From contig CAVQGX010000011.1 in NCBI GenBank assembly GCA_963712115.1, forward strand, positions 22,048 through 86,047: a stretch of 64,000 nucleotides of DNA, given 5' to 3'. The position numbers and the translations under genes were made by a program. Below the pieces are notes generated by a model. The model did no database searches and was not told the DNA's origin. It worked only from the letters and a program-made list of their open reading frames with translations. How positions within the stretch are numbered: the first letter of the stretch is position 1; every line of letters begins with the position of its first letter. This document shows positions 54,508 through 64,000 of this stretch, one piece after another. The DNA is from an uncultured delta proteobacterium. Its GTDB lineage: Bacteria; Desulfobacterota; Syntrophobacteria; BM002.

Positions 54508-54861
54508 TTAGTGTGCAGGCACTTCAAGCCTAACGTTATGCATCCACTTGTGTTGGTTGGGGTCATAGACGGAGCCTTCAAACATCATTTTTCCCGCAGC
54601 GGGCTTTTCGTACATTTTGCCCTGAAGCATGAACCCACGGTTGTCTATGACATTGACTTGTTGGGCTTCATTGTTGAGGCGGGCATGGTAGCAAAGTGCT
54701 TCAAAGTACCTATCGCAATCTTTGGGGGTTTTGCAATGGTATCTAGCTCTTGGGTCTGGCCTACAGTAGCGGGGATTCGTTGACTCGTTATAGACGTGTG
54801 TGCGTGTACAGGTGACAAAAAGGAACGGCAGGACGGCAAGAAAGGGCATAAGTTTTTTCAT
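54508..54861 (-). CDS. Hypothetical lipoprotein
   Basis: GGAGGG RBS, MKKL signal with lipobox-like FVTC, hairpin terminator at about 54452-54500. Confidence 0.7.
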   Translation of the reverse strand: MKKLMPFLAVLPFLFVTCTRTHVYNESTNPRYCRPDPRARYHCKTPKDCDRYFEALCYHARLNNEAQQVNVIDNRGFMLQGKMYEKPAAGKMMFEGSVYDPNQHKWMHNVRLEVPAH

Positions 54862-55009
54862 AAGAACCCTCCTTGGTGGGCAATGAATGCAGGAACTTAA
54901 TTTACTATAGCACAAGTGCGGTGAATTATGGGTGTGTGTAATTTAGGTGAGGGGGTTTGTGAACATAGAAAGGAGGTTTTGAGGATGCAAGAACAACGTA
55001 ACAGAAAAG

Positions 55010-55037
55010 AAATAAAAAGCAGAGCCGAAGCTCCGAC
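55010..55037 (-). terminator. Terminator after the 6S-like RNA
   Basis: Minus strand GGAGC-TTCG-GCTCT then a T-rich run. Confidence 0.55.
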
Positions 55038-55042
55038 AAAAG

Positions 55043-55220
55043 AACCCCTGCGGAGGTGGTGCTGGCAGACTGTCTTGAACCCTTCGTAACTAGATGAGGT
55101 CCCTGTTGGTCCTTTAGGCGCTTCGGGTTAACCGATGCGGCACACCGTTCCAAGGAAGGGTCCCCGTTTGTAAGTGTTGATTCAGAAAATATCTACCAAT
55201 CATCAAGACCGCAGGGGAAC
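55043..55220 (-). ncRNA. ssrS: 6S RNA homolog
   Basis: About 178 nt; closing stem CCCCTGCGG/CCGCAGGGG, CTGAATCAACAC..GGGTTCAAG around a central bubble, GGTGTGC..GCCTAAA terminal arm, paralleling E. coli 6S motifs (recalled, not searched). Confidence 0.78.
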
Positions 55221-55389
55221 CGAATCATAATAGAAAGTAGAATACCTTACCCTGTTCTTAACTATACTCTTATATAAATAAGATTACAGTAGCGATTCGG
55301 ATCCCGTCAATACGAAAAACCACCATTTCATAGATTAATCGGCTGGCTCAAAACGAGAAGTGCGGAATGTAGATTACATCACTTAATTT

Positions 55390-56739
55390 GGTTCTTCTCC
55401 CAATTAGTTGAAGAAAGCTTGATAGATTTTCAGCGTAAAGTAGCGTAAGTCATGATATCCGTAGGCTTTACGTTTGATGACTTTGATTTTGTTATTCACC
55501 CCTTCCAGCTTTCCGGTGTGGATAGGATAATCACAGTGATTGAGGATGCCGTATCGATATCGTTCTAGCATCCGGGCAAAGCCTGTCACCGATGGGTTAT
55601 TTAAGGACCGGGCCAGTTCGCACCAGTGATCAAGAGCCTTGCTAGCCCATGTCTTTGATCGATAGGTCCATATGTGTTTGAGTTTTTCCTTAAGAATCAT
55701 CACCGTATTGATGACTTCGTTTAACTCCAGCAGCTCTTTGAGTTGCTGTCGATGATTTCTGCGTCGCACGTTTTTGCGGTTTTTAAGCAGCAGGTACCTT
55801 GCACCTTTATAGACAGCCTTGTCCTGTTCGGAGGCCTTACGATATTCGCTGATTCTGACCTTATCGATAATCAGGTTAAAATTGGCCACGACGTGGAACA
55901 GATCGAAGACGATTTTAGCCTGAGGCAGTTTTTTTTAACGGCTTTGATATACGGGTCCCACATATCCATGACGATTGCCTCAATGGCTTTGCGCTGCTTG
56001 ACAGTCAACTTATTGAAAAACCTCTCCAGAGTTTTGGCCTTGCGCTCTTTGCCGACAAAGACCACGCGGCCACTCAGATAGTCCAGGACGACAGTCAAGT
56101 AGCGCTGACCTTTTCGGATGGAGATCTCGTCCACAGCCAAAAGGCGAAGCCCCTGGTAGTCGAGTTGACCATAATCGCGTTGCAAATAAAACTTGTCGAT
56201 GGCTTTAACCGTTTTCCAATTCAGGCCCAGGTGTCGAGCCACCTCGGATACGGTCATAAACTGGCACAGCTGATAGACATAAAGGGCCAATCGATTTGTC
56301 ATCCGAAGATAAGGGTGAAACAGCTCTAAATCCTCGATATGGATGCCTTGACAGTGAGCACAAAACACCTTGCGATATTGACAGGTGAGCCACAGCCGAG
56401 CACTGGCAAGGTGCAGATCCCGAACTTTGCGCCGACTCCAGCTGTGAACACCGCAAGCCCGCTTGCCGCATCCATGGCAGATGGGCTGAAAGCGCTTGTC
56501 CGGCTGTACCTGGATGTGAGCCTCGGTAGCCTCGGGTGTAACCGCCTGATTGACAATTTTGATTCGACGAAAAGGAAAATAAGCTGCTATAGTGGGCAAG
56601 GACATCGCAGGCCTCCTTTGTATAGGGTTTGTCTTGGTCGTTAAACCATATACTTCTAGGAGTTACCGGATGTCCATTCTGTTTTGATGAACCAGCCCAC
56701 TTTTACCTACTTTATATACAACTAATTGGGAGAAGAACC
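55390..56739 (-). mobile_element. ISL3-family insertion sequence
   Basis: 21-bp perfect IRs GGTTCTTCTCCCAATTAGTTG; 8-bp TSD CTTAATTT at 55382-55389 and 56740-56747. Confidence 0.95.
55404..56605 (-). pseudogene. ISL3 transposase, frameshifted in an A8 run near 55930
   Basis: Zn finger CHGC/CAHC, AVDE, MDMW, then VFDLFHV and LEGVNNKIK..KR.AYG in the other frame. Confidence 0.88.
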
Positions 56740-57156
56740 CTTAATTTACACTTCCCTAAGATTTGCTCAGGCACAAGATGTTGAGAAGAAAAAAGCGGAG
56801 CCAAGGACTCCGCATTTTCTAAGTTTAAACCAAGATATTGTAGCTTGGTCTTAAGAGGAAAAGTGGGGATTAAAGTATGTAATTCACACTCCAGGGGCCA
56901 TTCTGAACTTCAGATAATCACGCTTACCCTATGCTGATGAAGACGCAGAGCAACTTGATGACCTTATATTCATAGATACACGTGTGCTGCACAAATTGAC
57001 TACTGCAGTAATTGATGGTGACTTATCTGTCGAAGAAGCAAAAGAATTACTATTTAGGAAGGGTGGAGTAGAATTTGATAGTACCGATTCAACCTATTGA
57101 CTCTTCTCATTTCATTGCGTCTAGCCCGCTCCTGGTAAACTGCACCTAGTAGTTAT

Positions 57157-57522
57157 TCAGACAGAAGTATTTGGCATGCTAGTCGTTCTGACGTGTTCGC
57201 CTGTTATGGTTGAGTCTGTCTCAATGCTTGAGACAACAGATACTACGATAACCAGGTTGTCACCAATTCTGATAACGTCACCATCTTCCAGCCGAACTGA
57301 TTCCACTCTTAGTCCGTTGACAATTGTTCCGTTCTTGCTTCCCTTGTCGGTGACAACTAATTTTTTCCCTTCTTTAGTGAAGCATGAATGGTGGCGGGAG
57401 ACGCTACTATCTCTGAGCACAATGTCATTTTCACGATCACGACCAACCGCCAGCGTGCGCTCATCCTGTGGAATGTACTCCTTCATTGTGAGGTTTTGGA
57501 ACTTCACTTCTAAGCGATACAT
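57157..57522 (-). CDS. Stand-alone FHA-domain protein
   Basis: VGR..ND, VSRHH, SKNGT.VNG, DGDVIRIG. Confidence 0.9.
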   Translation of the reverse strand: MYRLEVKFQNLTMKEYIPQDERTLAVGRDRENDIVLRDSSVSRHHSCFTKEGKKLVVTDKGSKNGTIVNGLRVESVRLEDGDVIRIGDNLVIVVSVVSSIETDSTITGEHVRTTSMPNTSV

Positions 57523-57689
57523 ACGGCACCCCCCATAGATTTGACCCATTGAACTTGCGAGGGGTATTCCAGTCTGCTCCGGCAGGAAGTAAACTGTAGG
57601 ACAGGAAAACAAAGCCCCTCGGTACGCCCAACAGAAGCCATCAGGGACCACAAACACGATACCATTTCAACTTTGGCTGCGCCAATCCG

Positions 57690-57935
57690 CTAGAATCGGA
57701 AAGGACCCTTCTTAGATCGCCATCGAGGTGTGAAAATAATTTGTTGCCCAGACGGCGGTGCAGTTCGCGAAGAAAATGAAAATGTATTTTCCACAGAAAC
57801 AAAGTTGGAATTGCAGCTGCTACAGAAATAATGTCTACTTAGTGGTATCATGCGCATCCATAAATTTCGCCTCATACGAACATCTGGTATGCTTTTGCAT
57901 TGAGGACAGGCTTCCCCGATAGTAAAGTTTGCCAT
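57690..57935 (-). CDS. Small Zn-ribbon protein
   Basis: CPQC...CSSC, AGGGG RBS. Confidence 0.6.
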   Translation of the reverse strand: MANFTIGEACPQCKSIPDVRMRRNLWMRMIPLSRHYFCSSCNSNFVSVENTFSFSSRTAPPSGQQIIFTPRWRSKKGPFRF

Positions 57936-58712
57936 TTTTGCACCCCTTGCCCTTATTTCTAAAAATGCGAAATAAGGTTAACAGCTCTGACCACGATATC
58001 CTAACACAACACTAGGAATAGCAAAAATCATGCTAAAGTGATGCTAATAAATAATATGGGTCATGACTAGAACAGCAATGGTAAATCGTGCTAAAAGTAG
58101 TCATGACGCGGAAAAACAAGTATGCAAAAGGTGCGAAACTTTCTGAGAGGAAATTTCGAGAGCTTATCAAGCTCTTCTCTGTCGATTTGGACGCCTCTCA
58201 GATTGCTAAAGTCACCGGACTCAACCGCAATACAGTCAACCGTTACCTCAAGGAAATTCGAAAGAGGATCGCTCAGCACTGTGAAGAACAATCACCCTTT
58301 TCTGGCGAAGTTGAGGTTGACGAGTCCTATTTCGGTGCCCGCCGCTTCAAAGGCCGAAGAGGCCGCGGGGCGGGTGGTAAAACGATTGTATTTGGCATTT
58401 TCCAACGAAATGGTAAAGTCTACACGGAAATTGTTCCTGACTGTAGAAGCAAGACCCTTCAGGCAGTTATCAGAGGCCGTGTGAGTGCTGATAGCGTTAT
58501 CCATTCCGATTACTGGCGTGGCTACAACGGCCTCGTTGACTTGGGTTACAAAAAACATTTTCGGGTTCAACATGCCACTGATCAGTTCGTTCAGGGCAAA
58601 TCTCATATCAACGGAATCGAAAGCTTTTGGGGTTATGCAAAAACTAGACTCTCTAAGTTCAGGGGTATGAGTAAATCCACCTTTTATCTGCACTTAAAGG
58701 AGTGCGAGTTTA

Positions 58713-59831
58713 TATATAGCGTCTTAAATAATTGCGCATAATCGACGCAAGGTTTCGTTGGGTTCGCGCCAGGACTCGAACTGATCGAATACGGTCTGCA
58801 CCAGATCATCCAAGAGGGGGAAGTAACGATTATGGGTGCGGAGCCGGCGCGTCAGCTTCCACACTCGTTCAATGGCGTTCAGTTCCGGGCTATAGGGAGG
58901 CAGAAAGTCCAGTCGGAGATGTTTACGATGTTTCTTCAGCCACGGCTGCAGAAGTTTGGCACGATGCCAGCGGGCATTATCCAAAACGACAACCATCTTG
59001 CGGCCCTTGCGGCGACGGCGCACCAGTTGTTGTAAGAAAGAAAGGAATGTCTCCGCATTGAACTTCTCAGCGCGACCGGTGGTCAGACGTCCGTCTGCCG
59101 TACAAACTGCACCAAATACTCCAACGTTTTTCCGTGTAGGTGCATGCAAAACCACAGGATCTACATCCTCTGGAGGTACCCACATTGTACAGCGCGAACC
59201 GTGTTGCTGGAAATGGCATTCGTCTTCGAACCACAGGTCAACGTCGTCTCTTCTGGCCAGGCGGCTGAGTTTTTTTATAATTTCGTTGCGCATGCGGATC
59301 GGCTTTGGCAATGAGGGGGCGCGGCTTGCGCCGGCGGAATCCCAACTGGTGGAACATGCGCTGGCATTGACGTAGCTTGAGCTCCACCCCGTAGATCTGA
59401 GCTAAGTGATGACTGAGAAGCTTTCCGTCCCACAGGTTCTGAGTATAACCAAACTCAAAAGGCGAACGGCGAAGATCTTTGCCAACGTCTTGAAACAGAG
59501 CTTCGCTCAGCACTGGTGGACGTCCACAACGGGGAACCTCCTCAAGTCCTGCAAAACCGCTCTGCTCAAAACGGCGCACCCAGTACTGAATCGTGCGTCG
59601 ACTGCGCCCGAAGAGCTCTGCCACCTCGGAACAACTGAAGCCGCTGCAGACCAAAAGTATGCCATGCAGGCGATGGTCATATCGCGACTCCTCGGATCGC
59701 AGAATTTCATCTTGTACTGCCAGTCGAATGATCTCTGCATCTTTGATCTCAAGCTTGCGCATGGCCCCCTCCTTCCGGTATCTACTATACCAGAAGGCAG
59801 TATTATGCGCAATTAGTTATGACGCTATATA
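58713..59831 (-). mobile_element. IS630-family insertion sequence
   Basis: 30-bp IRs with 2 mismatches (TATATAGCGTC..AATTGCGCATAAT); TA duplication. Confidence 0.94.
58724..59762 (-). CDS. IS630 transposase, two ORFs joined by a probable -1 frameshift
   Basis: HTH ORF 59238..59762 and DDE ORF (FEDE, LDNA, LPPYSPELNAIE); A7 slippery run at about 59271-59277. Confidence 0.88.
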
Positions 59832-60067
59832 TAGATTCAACCATAGAGGTGAAAATCTCTCGGCAATCCTACTTAAGATGTGCAGAAAGTACCCGCTGTT
59901 CTAGTCATGACCCAATAATATTTATCATTAGTAAAAATAATAAAGAAGTCTTCACAGTACAATACTACCTTTGATTCCTTACAACCACGGAGAGAGTGAG
60001 GCAGGCAGTACGGGGGGGTGATTGGATATAAGATCAAGTAATCTAAACTCGCCTCGACCAAGGCAAA

Positions 60068-60234
60068 AGTTTAGATTACATCCCTTAATTCACACTCTGC
60101 TGAGATTTGCTCAGGCACAAGATGTTGACAACAAAAAAGCGGAGCCAAGAACTCCGCATCTTCTTAGTTTAAACCAAGATATTGTAGTTTGGTCTCAAGA
60201 TGAAAAGTGTGGATTAAATTATGTAATCAAACTT
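60068..60234. repeat. 167-bp island unit, copy E (intact)
   Basis: AGTTTAGATTA-CATCCCT-TAATTCACACT, 109 bp, AGTGTGGATTA-AATTATG-TAATCAAACTT. Confidence 0.88.
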
Positions 60235-60356
60235 TCAGCAGGCCGTTGAGGACTTTAGATCAAAATGTTACGGCATAGGCAAAGAAAAAAGTAGAGTCAG
60301 CTATGACTCTACCTTCGCGGAGAGTTTGTCTCAAAACCGCCTCACTACAGCAAGAA

Positions 60357-60884
60357 TCACTTGGAAGGAACGGTATAGGTTGCAGTGCCATCAATGACGG
60401 CGTCGCCTTTGGTTTCATCCTTGGTGTAGGGCGTGACGTACTTGCCAATGAAGGAGGACTTGCCCGTAATTCCCTCAAAGCGACCAGTCCCTTTTATGTA
60501 TTTACCCTCGCCCTTTATTGTGCGCATCTTTTCACCGGGAGCCAACGTCAAAGTGCCTGTATACTCAAGTATCGATGTGGAACCGTCCTCATAGAGAATG
60601 TCACTGTACCCATGAAACGAGCCTTGATCTTTGATATTATCAGGCGTACCCCGGGTGAGATAGGCTGCGGTTTCGCCATTTTCAAAGATAATCACACCTC
60701 TCCTCTCATACAGGACGAGCACGTGGTTTTCCACGTCCGGAACAGCAATCCATTCCACCCTAGTCAGGGGGGCGCAGATTTTATACTTCACAGTGTCTGC
60801 CTCGGCCTGTGTGGCAGGCAACAAAAGCAAAGCTGCGATGAGCAGAATGCCTATGATTCCCCAATTCCTTTTGATTGTAGTCAT
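60357..60884 (-). CDS. Exported beta-rich hypothetical protein
   Basis: GGGAGG RBS, signal peptide ending AEA, GTGRFEG.TG motif reminiscent of AOC/dirigent-like barrels. Confidence 0.7.
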   Translation of the reverse strand: MTTIKRNWGIIGILLIAALLLLPATQAEADTVKYKICAPLTRVEWIAVPDVENHVLVLYERRGVIIFENGETAAYLTRGTPDNIKDQGSFHGYSDILYEDGSTSILEYTGTLTLAPGEKMRTIKGEGKYIKGTGRFEGITGKSSFIGKYVTPYTKDETKGDAVIDGTATYTVPSK

Positions 60885-61256
60885 GACTGTTCCCTCCCCT
60901 AGTTTCACAGTTAATGATCCACGTTACGGAGTAGCTTTTTCTAGCCAAGGTGGTTTGGCTTTTCAGACGCAAACCAAAATACGAAAGCCTCCAAAGAGCA
61001 TGAGAACCCGTTGGAGATCTCATATCGGCATCTTCTGTAACGCCCTCCACATGACTTTCTCCAGAAGTCAGAAGACAGTGCCTGCGATGGGTGCGTTGAT
61101 AGTCTGGGCAGAAGAGGATAGAACTAAAGGTATGGTCTCTTGAGGATTCGTTGGAAAAGGATATCGAGCTAATTTCAGATTAGGTTACATGGGGGGTTGT
61201 GTCAAGAAAAACCGCAATACCAAAATGGTGTGCTCAGCCACAAAGGGAAAGGGTCA

Positions 61257-61348
61257 AGTATAGATTACATCCCTTAATTCACACTTTTCTGAAATTCAAT
61301 CTGGCACAAGATGCTGAGAGTATAAACAAGCGAAGCCGAAGCCCCGCT
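61257..61348. repeat. Left half of the 167-bp island unit (copy G)
   Basis: AGTATAGATTA-CATCCCT-TAATTCACACT, GGCACAAGATGCTGA, diverged central hairpin. Confidence 0.8.
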
Positions 61349-61403
61349 AATGTTCTTTGAAAAATGAATAGTAGCGTAGCAATCAGGGATAAGTATATCC
61401 AGC

Positions 61404-62003
61404 TTACCTACCGCTCATAATTTCCCACTGCCTTTCAATTTCAGCAGCCTGCGCTTCTGTCACTAAGACTCTTTCTCCATCTATTGGGCGGGTGCGCACA
61501 TAAATGAAATTCGCACAATCAGGGCATTTCTTTTTGCGACCTGGCTTCTTTTCAAGAGCGGAGGAGCAATAAGGACAGACCGCATCAACGAAGCCGATCT
61601 CTTTCAATCCGAGGTCACTCGGTCTTGCCACGTCAATAGGATTTCCATTTTTGCCCCAGACTATATTCTCTGCTGTAATCTCAACTAGGCAGTCGTAATG
61701 TGTTCCAATGTCACGAATTTCTCGGACTTCTACTTCAACAGTTTTGCCGGAGTCTAGAAGGGGTGCAACTTTTGAGGCAACATGTCTGGATAAGTAACCC
61801 AGCGGTTGTTTTTTCCGGTTACAGACCTTTATGGCATTTCCGTCAACTGGGTTACTTGGCTCTCTCATTAATTTCAAGACTTCACCGCTTTTGCAATTTC
61901 TAATCAGTTTCTGTCTATGCTTACCGAATAAACCAGGATTTCTTCGATTTACGCCTTTTATATATGTGATAATAGAGTTTTCAGGAGAACCAGCATAGAC
62001 CAT
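61404..62003 (-). CDS. HIRAN-domain protein with C-terminal Zn ribbon
   Basis: IKGV, LMREPSNPVDGNAIKV, LGYLSR; CPYC..CPDC. Confidence 0.85.
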   Translation of the reverse strand: MVYAGSPENSIITYIKGVNRRNPGLFGKHRQKLIRNCKSGEVLKLMREPSNPVDGNAIKVCNRKKQPLGYLSRHVASKVAPLLDSGKTVEVEVREIRDIGTHYDCLVEITAENIVWGKNGNPIDVARPSDLGLKEIGFVDAVCPYCSSALEKKPGRKKKCPDCANFIYVRTRPIDGERVLVTEAQAAEIERQWEIMSGR

Positions 62004-62295
62004 GATTAACCCCCCATCTTTTGGGTGGACTTATCGTGGCAGACCAGCGCAGAACGAAAAGATTGTCTCTCGTGGATGAGTAATAGGAGGAACTTGAACT
62101 TTTTTCAAGATACGACAACAAAGAGGGCTGTGTCAAATGAGGGGCAGTGTTGAGGGCAGCTAAGCAGGAAGTGAGTTAGGACTAAGAAATCTTGACTATA
62201 TAGAAATAAATAGTTACCTATTAATACCTTATGTTTGACATGTAATATTCCCTGTAGTATTTTTAGTGAAAAAAGTATGAAAGGAGGTAAGATTG

Positions 62296-62694
62296 ATGAG
62301 AGAAATCGATTTCGCAATAACAATAAACCTGACGCTGAGCCTCGAAGGGGAATCAGCCACAGTATCGGTTAAACATGTGGATCTAAAACCTGCCATGATT
62401 GCCCTTCCAGTAAAAGTAAGTGCTGGACAACTTGAGTCCATCGAAAAGAAGAAAACTTACCATCAGATTATTGCAGAGGTAGCTAAAGAGTTTATTAGTA
62501 AGACCGGTAAGGAGGTTTTCACTGCCGCAAACCTTTACCACTTAGCCAGAGATAAATATCCCCATATTAAGAGAAGCACCTTCAGTAACCGCGTAATGGC
62601 AGCGGCCCCAGATCATCCTTCTTACAAGCACCTGTCTGGAACAAAGGATTTTTTGAGTTTCCTAGGTGAGGGCAAATATTCATTGAAACAGTGA
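62296..62694 (+). CDS. Hypothetical, probably winged-helix DNA-binding protein, upstream of the integrase
   Basis: AGGAGG RBS; helix-helix-helix then LGEGKYSL wing-like end. Confidence 0.6.
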   Translation: MREIDFAITINLTLSLEGESATVSVKHVDLKPAMIALPVKVSAGQLESIEKKKTYHQIIAEVAKEFISKTGKEVFTAANLYHLARDKYPHIKRSTFSNRVMAAAPDHPSYKHLSGTKDFLSFLGEGKYSLKQ

Positions 62695-62709
62695 AAGGAG
62701 GTGAATTAG

Positions 62710-63957
62710 ATGGCAATCTTAGCAGAATGCCCTATCTGCCACAATAAACAGGCGACTAGAAACAAGGTCTGCAAGTGTGGTGAAAACTTGGATAAGGCTA
62801 AGAGCTCCAGGAGGGTAAGGTATTGGATTCAGTACCGTTTACCCAATGGCAAACAGAAAAAAGAATCCTTGGCAAAATTCAAAGATCTGAATGAATACAG
62901 CATAGATGATGTCAGGAAAGCAGAAGCACAACGTACTGTGCAGAAAACCGAAGGTCGAATTGAGGAAATGTTCAAGTACAAGAAAGAGTCCACTTGGACG
63001 TTCAGCCAGTTAGCTGGGTGGTGGTTTCAACAGGATAGCGTTAAAGTCCGTTCTGATTACAGCAGGTTGAAGATAGCCTTCAATAAATTCAATGAGGTTT
63101 TTGGAGATAGGCTTATTCGGGAGGTGAAACTGAGCGAGTTGAGAAACTACCAGATTCAAAGGCTTCAAGAGGGCCAGGCGAAAAGTACTACAGACCATGA
63201 AACTCACAGCGCAGCCAAGGCAGCGATCAAGGCTGCATGGTATGACAACGAGGTTTCTGCTGAAACGTGGAAAAGCTGGCAGAATTTCAAAAAGTTGATT
63301 AGCGGAAAGAAAGCAAGAAAACAGTATGCTAGGTCACGGGTGTTAGGGATCGAAGAATATTGCAGGCTGATAGCTGACCTACCCCGCCACTTGAAGGCAC
63401 TGGTTGACCTGAACCTTTTCACTGGCATGAGAAAATCAGAACTCGTACCGGATAGGACTAACGGAGATCCCACAACTGGGCTAACCTGGAAGCAAATCGA
63501 CTCTCAGAGCGGTAAAATCACTCTCACAGACACCAAGACAGGCATACCGCGAGATATTCCCATTACAGGGCAATTAGAGTCCATCCTAAAGGCAATTCCC
63601 CGAACAATTGGCACAGATAACGTGCTTACTTATAGGGGAAAGCCATTTAGTAACATTAGAACCGGACTGAAAGAGGCTTGTAAATCGGCGGGGATAACCT
63701 AAGGTAAAAAGGTTGAAGGTGGGTTTGTCTTTGGTGATCTGAGAAGGACAGCTAAAACCTTGATGGCAAGGGCCGGTGTGGACAAGGCATACCGCGACGC
63801 TATTCTCGGTCACGAGTCACAGGATATGGACAGGCACTACTTACACCCGGATTTCGAGAAAGACCTCCGGGCAGCAATGGTGAAATATCATAGCTGGCTT
63901 ACAGAGGAAATTGCCAATGTTACCCATTTGGTTACCCAAGACGCAAATTCGGCATAA
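62710..63957 (+). pseudogene. Phage-type tyrosine integrase with an in-frame TAA at 63700-63702
   Basis: N-terminal CxxC/CxC, TGMRKSE, KT, then GIT*GKKVEGGFVFGDLRRT, ILGH and catalytic RHY in the same frame. Confidence 0.9.
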
Positions 63958-63986
63958 AAAAAGGTTAACCCTACCTGAGCTAACCT
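63919..63986 (-). other. att-like end: GTTACCCA x2 and a minus-strand terminator
   Basis: Repeats at 63919 and 63931 (12-bp period); minus strand AGGTTAGC..GTTAACCT-T run. Confidence 0.5.
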
Positions 63987-64000
63987 ATCGTTTTTACTTG

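Larger units (their letters stand above)
55366..56890. repeat. 167-bp island unit, copy C (interrupted by ISL3)
   Basis: Aligns end to end with 60068-60234 after removing 55390-56747. Confidence 0.88.
58088..59904 (+). pseudogene. IS1595 transposase interrupted by IS630
   Basis: EVDESYFG, HSD, HINGIESFW, LKECEF; resumes as RFNHR...YPLF* at 59833-59904. Confidence 0.9.
58058..59913 (+). mobile_element. IS1595-family element carrying a nested IS630
   Basis: 19-bp perfect IRs GGGTCATGACTAGAACAGC; 8-bp TSD AATAATAT at 58050-58057 and 59914-59921. Confidence 0.95.
54095..64000. mobile_element. Composite genomic island, extending to or beyond the window end
   Basis: Starts at a broken tRNA; arm-like repeats, IS elements, orphan cargo, AT-richer spacers and a tyrosine integrase. 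Confidence 0.8.

Noticed and set aside
54272-61348. Classical integron or CRISPR array
   Set aside because: There are no RYYYAAC/GTTRRRY boxes, and the integrase is phage-type. The repeats are long and kilobases apart, and there are no cas genes.
63700-63702. Stop-codon recoding in the integrase
   Set aside because: The codon is TAA, which neighbouring genes use as a normal stop.

Overview
This is a chromosomal window from a Deltaproteobacterium (Desulfobacterota-like, inferred from gene content). Positions 1-54 kb hold core genes: tilS-ftsH-folP-glmM-coaX; a Wsp/Frz-type chemosensory operon headed by an MshEN-PilB/GspE ATPase fused to a receiver domain; a peptide ABC transporter with a frameshifted binding protein; xseA-M23-xseB-ispA-dxs-tlyA-rlmH; nadA, rsmA, panD (with a probable pan RNA leader), metK, ahcY and mltA. 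The spacers are packed with heptamer repeats and a three-copy MITE, and there is a candidate sigma54-driven sRNA. From about 54.1 kb an accessory island starts at a tRNA-Leu(CAA) that is cut off at the anticodon loop. It contains ISL3, an IS630 nested in an IS1595, small cargo genes, a 6S RNA homolog and a nonsense-mutated tyrosine integrase. The strongest novelty candidate is that the cargo is punctuated by 167-bp units, each made of two inverted 11-7-11 dif-like sites that could fold like attC or CTX-phage attP sites. This suggests an undescribed integron-like cassette array. All calls were made by eye; no searches were run.
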